Below are positions 13,250 through 23,814 of a stretch of DNA of 64,000 bases, one piece after another. A model generated the notes under the pieces. That model did not search any database and was not told the DNA's origin. It was given only the letters and a program-made list of their open reading frames with translations. The stretch comes from Octopus sinensis (lineage: Eukaryota). Location of the stretch: assembly GCF_006345805.1 (NCBI RefSeq), contig NC_043004.1:51646001-51710000 (forward strand), written 5' to 3'. Every line of letters begins with the position of its first letter. The first letter of the stretch is position 1. The position numbers and the translations under genes are program-made.

Positions 13250-13900
13250 TATTACGCAGAATGTTTAATTACATACTTTAGGGTGGATATTTCTGACAAA
13301 CTGGAGTTTCAGCTACACAAGAAGTGAATTTTCTCTTTGTTGCTTTGTGTGAATAATTTTTCATGACAGTCTCATGTAGTAGTCGGCCATCATGCTTGTA
13401 TTCCACCTTCCTTGATACCTATCTCCATGGGTTTGATGTCTCGGTAGAATCTTTCTCCTTGCTCATCACTCATTGCATTATGATTTTCAAGGAAGCAGTG
13501 CAGATGAGTGAACAGGAAATGCACTTTTACATTCATGCTGCAGCCCTGTACTTGAAAACTGGTTAACAGGGTCTGCACAAGTTCTTCATAATTTGATGAC
13601 TTCCTGTTTGCCAGGAAATCAGACACAGCTGCAGCTAAAGGAGTCCATGCTTCTTTTTCAACGCCAGACATGGTCTCCAAAAACTGCTTGTTCTGCAATA
13701 GCCACCTAGTCTGTGGCCCCTCAAACATACCGACCTTAATTTTCTCAAAAGACAAAGTGAGAAACTTTCTGTATTTGAAACAGCCACTGTCTCAGTGTTT
13801 CAACTCATGTTTGACATACTATATGGAGTACCTATGTCTTGCCTTGATCACCCAGCTCTATGTCAAAGAAGTAAGGTAAACTTTCTTCACAAGATCTGTG
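13250..13900 (-). mobile_element. DNA transposase remnant, probably Chapaev/CMC-like
   Basis: EKIKVGMFEGPQ, MNVKVHFLFTHL..F.EN...MSDEQGERFYRDI. Family assignment is from memory of this motif. Confidence 0.6.
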
Positions 13901-16275
13901 ATTTTATTTTGCTGCCTAGTTAAAGTGTAACATCCACAAATAGTGGGGCTGTTTTTGCATTTTCTTCTCTCACAATTGGCCATATTTCTGAAATACAAGA
14001 CAAATATTCAAGCCAGTTGTCGCTTCGGAGAAGCATTTTTTTACAGATCCATATTCCCCGTAGCTGAAAAGTGGGGTTTGTGTCGCAAAAAAAAAAAGTT
14101 TTTAAAAGGGTGGTTTCTGTGGGGGGCGGATGGGTGGAAGTCTTGCCAATGTCTTGTCTTGGATGGACTGGTATGAGGCGTCAGGCCAAATGCCCTGCAG
14201 TATTTATTATCTCTCTTTCTCGTAAGTTCAAATCCTGTTGTGGTTAAACTAAAATAAGCAAATGTAGATTTGTGATGATAAAGTTCCATAAAGAGCATCA
14301 TAAAGTTCTTTCTTCTGTTCTTTGACTATGCTTAACAAAAAGTAACCTTGACCCATGTGACCTCACAATTAGAACATTAAGGTCACATTCAAAATACCAG
14401 TTTTCATAAGAAATAGTTAAAGGTTCAACAAAACATGTCTTACCTGATTTGCAATGTAAGTCACACTAAATCAAGTACAGCATGGACATATCTGCAGTCA
14501 GATTCCACAAATATGAGACATGGATGATGTCAAGGACAACAGAAATACATTGTTTACTAACATCATGACATCTAAAACTGGTTAGATTGAAAATAAAATT
14601 GCTCAAATTTGATGCTTTTTATTTATTGAAGATACTTAAGTCATGACTTGTGTTTTCACTTTTGTAGTTGTATTTACTGTAAATAATATTGAAAAACTAT
14701 GTTTTCAAAGTTATGTCAAGCTCCATATATGGGTCTGCATTTGATGAAGCCAAATCTATCCTTAGAAATGGTGACAATAATGGAAATGTTGAAAAATGGA
14801 CATTTGAGTTTGTAAAAAATCTCAATGTAATAAAGCAAACTGGATTTCATTTTTGAAGTCAGCCTATCAAAATTACAAAGAAACACCAGACAACAAATAC
14901 ATTTTATGCACCTTTGTTGCTGAAGCTCCTAACATTTAACCCTTTTGATTCCAACTTACATGAGACTGCACTTTGGATTGTGGTACACACTTCCTGTTTA
15001 AACCTTCAGCATTCAGATTATTCTGTCAAATGTAATGCATATTTATTTACATTGTTTTGGATTAATTATGAATTATCTTATAGTTTTGAGATTTCAGTGA
15101 TATGACTGTGCAGCGACACGTGAAAAGGGCCCATTTGGCATCATGTAAGTGTGGTGCCATGTAAATCAACCATGCAGTGCTATGTAAAAGTGCTTGTGTG
15201 TTGCCACACAAAAGTGGCATCACGTAGAAGTGTCCATGCAGTACCATGTAAAAGTGTCCTTGTGGTGTCACATAAAAGCACCCAGCACTCTGTAAAGTGG
15301 TTGGCATTAGGAAGGGCATCCAATCATAGAAACCATGCAGCCCCCCCAGACTGCCAGCTCTGGTCACACCATCCAACCCATGCCAGCAAGGACAACGAAT
15401 GTTACATGATGATTGTGTTATATTTTAAAATGACAATGTAGGGTGGGTGTGAGATGCTGAACCTGGCCTGTTGGAATAAAAACCAGGGGGAATATTTGGG
15501 CTGGATATGGCCAGTTTGTATACTAAAGGGTTAAAGTGATTTAAACTGAAACCTTTCATCAAAATTTCATGTTGTGTTCCAAACACCAGCTTGATTGTGA
15601 CAAAAAGCATCCAGTCCACACTGTAAAGTGTTTGGCATTTGGAAGGGCCAGCTGTAAAATCCATGCCAAAACTGATCTTACCTATACTTGCGCCATGTAA
15701 AAAGCACTCAGTCTACTCTGCTGTTAGAAAGGGAATCCAGCCATAAAAACCTTGCCAAAATGGACACAGAAGTCTGGTGCAGTTTCTGCCTAGCCAGCTC
15801 CTGTCAAACCATCCAACCCATGCCAGCATGGAAGGCAGATGTTAAAGTAATGCAATTTTTATTTGCATTACTTTCCAACTCACTCTCATATTTCTATATT
15901 CTTTTATCAATACTCATAGCATTATAATCTATTTGGTTTATAATGATTTGTAGTATATTGTCTTGTGAAGCTTGGCACTCTCTTTAACAGTTTAAAAGAC
16001 AAATATTTTTGTGAATGGCATTAAAACAACATTTGTATACAGCCATGATTTTCAATCCTGAATCTCATCGTCATCATTTAACGTCCATTTTACATGTTGG
16101 CATAGGATAGACAGTTTGGCTGGGACTGGTAAGCCAGAGAGTTGTACCAGGCTCCAGACAGATTTGGCCTGGTTTCCACAGCTTCATGCCTATCCTAATG
16201 CCAACCTCTCCAAGAGTGGAGTGAGTGCCATTTATGGGTCACTGGCATAAGTGCCTTTTATGGTTGAATCAAGAA

Positions 16276-16650
16276 GGAGTGGCTGTGAGGGGCAAGAGTG
16301 GCTTGCTTACAAACCACCCGGTTCTGGGTTCAGTCCCACTGCATGGCACCTTGAGAAAGTGTCTTCTACTACAGCCTCAGGCCGACCAATGCCTTGTGAG
16401 TGGATTTGGTAGATGGAAACTGAAAGACGCCTGTCATAATGTTTGTGTGTCTGTGGGTTGTCCCCCACCTCACCATTGCTTGACAACCGATGTTGGTGTT
16501 TACATCCCTGTAACTTAGCGGTTCAGCAAAAGAGACTGATTGAATAAGTACTAGGCTTATGAAGAATAAATCCTGGGGTCGATTTGTTCGACTAAAGGCC
16601 GTGCTCCAGCATGGCTGCAGTCAAATGACTGAAACAAATAAAAAAATAAA
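16276..16650 (+). mobile_element. SINE family A, diverged
   Basis: Recognisable head, body and tail with many substitutions. Confidence 0.8.
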
Positions 16651-17395
16651 AGATATATACATATATATAGGCATTGAGCTATTTCCCATCACAGTTACTT
16701 GTAGAAATAATTTCATTGTGACCAATTCATAATTTACTCCTTGAGATGAATATTGATGCAGTTTTATCTGCTTGTCACATTAACTTTATCATCATAATCA
16801 TCATCTTTAATGTCCTTTTTTCCATAAATGCATGGGTTAGACAGAATTCATTAAGGTGGAATTTCTATGGCTGGATGCCCTTCCAGCTGCCAACCCTCAC
16901 CTGTTTCCAAGCAGCGTAATATTTCCCCAAAGTCTGACATGCTTTTCAGAAGCAAATGATGTCAAGGCAAGTGTACTCTCTGTCTGTCTGTCTGCCCTCT
17001 CTCTGTCTCTTTCTCTCAACCACACACTCGCATACATGCACATAATGGGCTTTCTTCAGTTTTTGTCCCCCAAGTCCACTCACAAGGTTTAGGTTGACCT
17101 CAGGCTATAGTGGAAGACATTTAACGAAGGTGCCATGCAATAGAATTGAACCTTAAACTATATGGTTAGGAAGCAAGCTTTTTATAACCACACTGGCATG
17201 TCTGTGTCTATTTATGTTACATTCAATTCAGAAAATATAGAAACAAAATTTTAAATGTTTCAATTTTGAATTTATTATTATAAATGCAGATATAAATTCA
17301 TATTGACTAAGTTTTGACAATTATTACTTTTACTGTTTCGGTAATGCCTGCATGGAAAACGGATGTTAAACCATGATGATGATGATGATGATGAA

Positions 17396-17660
17396 ATAAG
17401 AAATGGAAAACAAAATCAATAAATTGAACAATTATAAATTCAATTCAATTTTTTTTATACAAACGACACATTTCATAAATTACAGCTGTTTCTGTTTCAT
17501 AAAAAAAAAACCAAGTTTTTTTATGAATAATAAAATCCTATTTAAATATATAATGAGGCTTCATTATATATCTTCACCAATTCATTTGCTTGTATAAAAT
17601 AATTAAATTGAATTGAATTTATAATTGTTCAATTTATTGTTTTTGTTTTCCATTTCTTAT
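17396..17660. repeat. AT-rich foldback (~70-bp inverted arms, ~125-bp spacer)
   Basis: ATAAGAAATGGAAAACAAAA...AATTCAATTCAATT matches the reverse complement of 17588-17660. Confidence 0.85.
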
Positions 17661-17696
17661 ATATATTTACATGTGTGTGTGTGTGTATAGTAAATA

Positions 17697-18062
17697 AAAA
17701 AAAATGAAGAACAAACACAGGGAAAATACAACACAAGGACATGGCACATGCAAAGTATTAACAGATGCTCAGGGAAGGAAAGAAAGGTGGTTTTACATTT
17801 CAAGCAAAGCTCTTCTTCAGAAACAGGAGACAAAGGAAAGTCCAAGAGAGGTCATTTCAAAATGTAACCACGTGAATTGTTGGCAATTTTTTTTCTTTTG
17901 TCTTCCTTTTCTCTTGGACTTTCCTTTGTCTCCTGTTTCCAAAGAAGAGCTTTGCTCGAAATGTAAAACCACCTTTCTTTCCTTCCCTGAGTGTCTGCTA
18001 ATACTTTGCATGTACCACGTCCTCATGTTGTTTTTTTCTTGTGTTTGTTCTTCATTTTTTTA
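17697..18062. mobile_element. Inverted pair of Penelope-like terminal repeats (~150-bp arms, ~60-bp spacer)
   Basis: 17697-17850 is about 90% identical to the reverse complement of 17910-18062. Each arm contains a hammerhead-like core. Confidence 0.7.
17790..17825 (-). ncRNA. Minimal type I hammerhead ribozyme motif (degenerate)
   Basis: Minus strand GTTT-CTGAAGA-AGAGC-TTT-GCTT-GAAA-T-GTA-AAAC: core, stem II, GUA cleavage triplet and stem I GTTT/AAAC. Confidence 0.6.
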
Positions 18063-20341
18063 TATTTACTATTTACTGCATGCTCACATTGAGCCCCGGC
18101 CTTCCAACTGACTTTGGAGTACCTAATTCATGGAATTCTTTCTACCATCGAATTACATTACCTTGTTCATTTGGAATATGCCATTTCTGCACCTTGATTG
18201 TGAATCATATATTATATACAATGGGCTTCTTTCAGTTTCCATCTACTAAATCAACTCACAAGGCTTTGGTCGGCCTGAGGCTATAGTAGAAGACACTTGC
18301 CCAGGGTGCCACACTGTGGGATTGAACCCAAAACAATGTGGTTGGAGGTAGCGAACTTCTTACTATTCAGCCACTCCTGCACCTATTGTTTTTTTTTTTT
18401 CTTATTAAAACAGTAATGCCTTGATATATGAGTTAATTTGTTCTTGGAGATCACTCAAAGTGAAGACTTGTAAAGCATCAATTTTTCATTCTCTGTGATT
18501 AAGTGATTAATGAAAAACAGTGGAAAACAAGCTGAAGTGATAGTTCTTGTATACTTTGATGCAGTAATATACATCAGATGCTGTAGAAGTTGAACAATTC
18601 TGCACAAAAGCAATAAAAAAGTTACAAATCTATTTTGTAATATTCTTGGATTTACATTTTTTCGCTTTTACCATGAGAAAACAAAGCTCCCTGTACATTA
18701 TATAAAGTGGCTGGTGTTAGGAAGGGCATCCAGCTGTAGAAGTCATGCTAAAGTAGACATTAGGAGCTCGACACGGTCCTCAAACTCTTCAGGTTCTGTT
18801 GAATCATCCAACTCATGCTAGTATGGAAGATAGGTATTAAATGATGGTAGTGATGTGATGGTTTTCCTCTTAGGTCTGAAGAGTATTGTTTCATATGCTA
18901 AATCTGAAATGAAACTTTGTTGAATGAAACTATGGGACCTGATAAATGAAAAAGGCTTCCAGTGAAGGTAAATCTTTACTGTTTTCAGAAAGGATATTGA
19001 AACTTCCAAAAGTATGAAGCCAAGATTTTGTACAAAGGAATAAAAACCTGTATTGGTTCAAGAAAAATACTTAACCAATTTATTGAAGAAATTAGATATA
19101 TCCACTCAAAATTTCATTTCACTTAATTGTAGAAAGTAGTTTTATATACCAAAATATCTTTTGTTGAGGAATGCCATGTTTGAAATTATTTTTCCATTGA
19201 GATATCTCAAGTTTATTGAGACAACATGAGTTGTAAAAAAATTCCAATTCCATATTTTGGTTGATATTTAACATCATAATTGGAATAACCATGAAATTTA
19301 ATTTTGTAGTTAAAGGGTGAAAATGAAAACATTATAATTAATTACAAAAGCTAAGAAACCATACATGATTGGAAATGGACTTATGTTGCTAATAATAGAA
19401 ATAATTACAGAAGTTATTGCTTGGATGGTCTCAATGCAGACGAAATGGGAAAGATTCCATTGTTAAATTGATAACTGTAAAAGAATTGCAGAAATTAACA
19501 ATAACCAATTTATGCAACATATTGAAAGAATTCATCCACATCATCATTTAATGTCCGTTTTCCATGCTGGCATGGGTTAGACTGGAACTGGAAAGCTACA
19601 CCAGGTTCCAGTCTGATTTGGCATGGTTCCTATGGCTTGATGCCTTTCCTAAAACCAACCATTCCAAGAGTGTAATGGTTGCATCAGCAATGTCCAAGAC
19701 TACAATTTCACCTGGCTTGAGAAGTTTTCTCAAGCACTGCATACTGCTAAAGGTCTTGGTCACTTGTCATTGTCTGTGTGAGGCCCATTGGAAGATCATG
19801 CTTCACCACCTTGCCCCTCACCTCCATGGGGCCTAACATTAAAAACTGGCAATGGCTATGAGGATTTCATTTGTGATTCAGTTGGACAAATTGACTGACA
19901 CTTGAAATGCAGTTCAGCATGCTAATATTTATCATTTCATCATCATCATCATCACTTTAACATCCACTGTTCTATACCCACATGAGTTGGGTGGAATTTG
20001 TTGAAATGGATTTTTCACAGCTGGATGCTCTTCTTGTGGCCAACTCTTACTTGTTTCCAAATAAGGTAATAATATCCCCCATGACCAGACATGTTTCTAC
20101 AGGAGACTGGAAATGACGGACATTGCATGCATAATAGTGACACTCATTGACAGCTGTAAAGACAAGAATGTAAAGACAAGAAAACAATAACACTTGTGTA
20201 TATATGTATGTACATATATATATATGTACATATATATATATATATTTACAATTGAGGATAAAATCTTTATAAGAAATTATCAGTAGTTAGCGTGAAAAAA
20301 CCTCGTAAGAGAAAAAATCCGTAAATTTTTCCATTTTGAAA

Positions 20342-20498
20342 ATATTTATATTATATTGAGGGTACTACTATTCACAGATACCGCACGCTAAGAGGGACCA
20401 ATGCGATCAAAACTACTGAAATAGTAGTTTTGACCGCATTGGTCCCTCTTAGCGTGCGGTATGTATGAATAGTAGTACCCTCAATATAATATAAATAT
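20342..20498. repeat. Near-perfect 157-bp palindrome (76-bp arms, 5-nt loop)
   Basis: Arms 20342-20417 and 20423-20498 differ at 3 positions. Confidence 0.97.
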
Positions 20499-20592
20499 AT
20501 ATATATATATATATAATTACAAATAAGGGTGAAAAATTAGATATTAATTTAATAATACCATCAATTTAACACCAAGTGGTCACTCTCTCTTA

Positions 20593-20631
<39 letters not shown>

Positions 20632-21314
20632 TATATATATACATACATATATATAATTAAGAATAAAATCTTCATAAGATTTTATTAAGTAGCCAGCGTG
20701 TAATAAAGCCATATAGGTAACAGTTAATACAAAATATTTTATATATATATATATAACTGGGAAGTGACAAAAATGGAAGAAAATGGACAGTTTCCAATTC
20801 ACATGCTTATATATATATATATATGAGACAGGTTGGTTGGTGTTAGGAAGGGCATCCAACTGTAAAAACCATGCCAGAGCAGACACAGTAGCCTAAGGTA
20901 ATCTTCTACCTGGATAGCTCCTGTCAAACTGTCCAGCTCATGCCAGCCTGAAAGGCGGATGTTAAACAATGATGATGATTATGACAGGCTTTTTTGAGTT
21001 TCTGTCTCTCAAATCCACACACAATGCATTCGTTGGTTTGGAGAAGTAGTTGAAGACACTTGCCCATGGTGCAATCCAGTGGAACTGAACCCAGGACCAT
21101 GTGGTTGGGAAGCAAACTGCTTACCACGCAGCCAAGCCTGCACCTGTTTTTGTGCACATAAGATTGCACTGGTTTGTTGATTATTAGATAAATGTACGAG
21201 AGATGAATATATATTCTCATCAAAGGAAACCATTTTTTAAATATAGAAATAAATTCATCCTGTGTATATATTGATAGCAGCAATGACAGGACAGAATATT
21301 TAAGATCTTCAGCT

Positions 21315-21637
21315 AGGCGCAGGAGTGGCTGTGTGGTAAGTAGCTTGCTAACCAACCACATGGTTCCGGGTTCAGTCCCACTGCGTGGCATCTTGGGCAA
21401 GTGTCTTCTGCTATAGCCCCGGGCCGACCAATGCCTTGTGAGAGGATTTGGTAGACGGAAACTGAAAGAAGCCTGTCATATATGTGTATATATATATATA
21501 TGTATGTGTGTGTTTGTCCCCCTAGCATTGCTTGACAACCGATGCTGGTGTGTTTACGTCCCCGTCACTTAGCGGTTCGGCAAAAGCGGCCGATAGAATA
21601 AGTACTGGGCTTACAAAGAATAAGTCCCGGGGTCGAT
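21315..21637 (+). mobile_element. SINE family A, 3'-truncated
   Basis: Intact head; stops at GTCCCGGGGTCGAT and is fused to a MITE right half. Confidence 0.88.
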
Positions 21638-22481
21638 CCACCAAACCTTAGTTACAATTTATGTTCCTAACACTAGCTTAATGATAGTGAACCTATTTTA
21701 TTAAATTCTTTGTTATATTTAAAATAATTGAAAGAAACACAGACCATCTCAAACTAAATACGGTAACAAAAGGGTTAATGCTTCTACAAGGTAGTAAAAC
21801 AACAAACTGTGATTCTGGGAGTTAGAATTAAAGCATTCATAAAAAAGAAAGTAGGATGGGATTTGAACTCAGTACATTAAGGATTGTAAAGTATAGGTGT
21901 CTATACAGGCATAGGCATGGCTATGGCGATAAGAAGTTTGCTGGTCAGTCATGTGATTCTAGGTTCAGTCCCATTGCATGACACCTTGAATAACAATTTT
22001 TTTACTATAGATGATAGCCTTGTGAGTGGATTTGGTAGGTGGAAACTAAAAAAGAACTCCAGTGCATGTGTGTTTGCATCTGCCATTTGAGGTCTCAGTG
22101 TTAGATATTAGCATGATGAATGATTGGACATTTGGGCAGTTTATCCAGCAGAAACACATGTCTGATTGGAATTTAACATGAATAATACTGTAGTAAATAA
22201 ACTTTGAAGATGTGATATAATTCTCCATTCTTCTGTATGATGTCTTGATCATATATCTATACTCTTTTACTTGTTTCAGTCATTTGACTGCATCCATGCT
22301 GGAGCACCGCCTTTAGTCGAGCAAATCGACCCCGGGACTTATTCTTTGTAAGCCCAGTACTTATTCTATCGGTCTCTTTTGCCGAACCGCTAAGTGACGG
22401 GGACGTAAACACACCAGCATCGGTTGTCAAGCAATGCTAAGGGGCAAACACAGACACACATACATATATATATATACATAT

Positions 22482-23548
22482 TGTTACGGAATCACCCGTC
22501 GTCGCTGCTCACCCGAACGGCGCAAGTTCGCCACGGATCCCAAAGAGGAGAGAGGAGAGACACAACAACAACAACAGCAGCAGCACAGAGAGATACCGAG
22601 AGAGACACAAAGAGGCAAAACGGCAACAGCTGGCTTACATTTAACAACAGTTTATGACAATCAATTGTTACACATCAAATACATTTAAAGGAAACAACAA
22701 ATCAATACATCATACGGGTATACCACAGATCAAAGCATTTAAATATGCAAGTAACAATATAACAGTCCGGAGACGACACAACAATCAGTATTTCAAAGGT
22801 ACACGTCCGAAGACACAGTTCTTTTCCAAATCACTTCAACAGATAACGTTCACAGTTCTTTAAAGTCTTTTTCTACACAAATCAACACAATTCTGAACAT
22901 AAATACCACAACTCGATAATCGACACATCGACAAGTCCTTGACTCAATTCACATTGTTCGTTTCACTGTCTCATTTCTTTTCACTGTCTCTTTACATCGT
23001 GACACGTATCAATACATAATCAAATACCTTAATTCCTAATTGAATAGCCAGTGTCCCATCTTGCACTTCATCTCTCTCTGTACCGCTTATTCCTCTGCAT
23101 ATATCCCTTTCTGTCTGTCGCTAGCTCCAACCTGCCAAGCTCTCGCATCCCAACTTGCTTTGCCCTGACTTCCAAAATCCGACTGCTTTCTTTGACGACC
23201 GAATACCCACTGACCCTCTATCACTACCCCTCAATCTGTCCCTCGCAATCACTCTCTCCTTAGCTCTGCCATACTCTCTGCCTGTCCTCCTCTGCCCCTC
23301 ATCCTCTCTCACTGCTAATATCCTCTCTATCTGCTCTCAGATTCCCTACTCTATCTTTCTCACCACTTTCCTTCCTCTTCTTCAAGGGGTGTCTAGGACG
23401 ACCTCCAATCGACCGCACAAGGCCAAAGGTCCCTCCAAAAAGCCATTACTCTTCCAGTAAACAAAGGGCTGTCACTTTTTACTCCAGGCCTGCCGGCGCC
23501 ATTCCCATAAAGTGGGTCAAGAAATACTGCACTAGCCAACCCGTAACA
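22482..23548 (-). repeat. 3' LTR of the Gypsy-derived element
   Basis: TGTTACGG...CCGTAACA perfect 8-bp terminal inverted repeat. Adjacent to the PPT. Confidence 0.95.
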
Positions 23549-23561
23549 CTACCCCCTACCT
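23549..23561 (-). promoter_or_regulatory. Polypurine tract (AGGTAGGGGGTAG)
   Basis: Purine-rich run immediately upstream of the 3' LTR on the element strand. Confidence 0.8.
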
Positions 23562-23814
23562 AAGCTTTGTCGACCCGACAAAAGCATAACAAACCCGCAC
23601 CTCCGAGGGCGAGCTCCAGCAGATGTTCAAGGAACTGGGGTCCCCTTGGGTGGTTTCTCCTCCGGGGGTCTCACCTCCCACAGCCACCACTTCAGCACCA
23701 GCCACAGGTTGGCACCTTCTCTCTGCGGCTTGGGTAACACCTCTGCCAAGGCCGCCAGGCTTCCTACTAGCCACCTACAATAGGCGCACCGTCCGAGGAA
23801 GTTCCTCAAATCCC

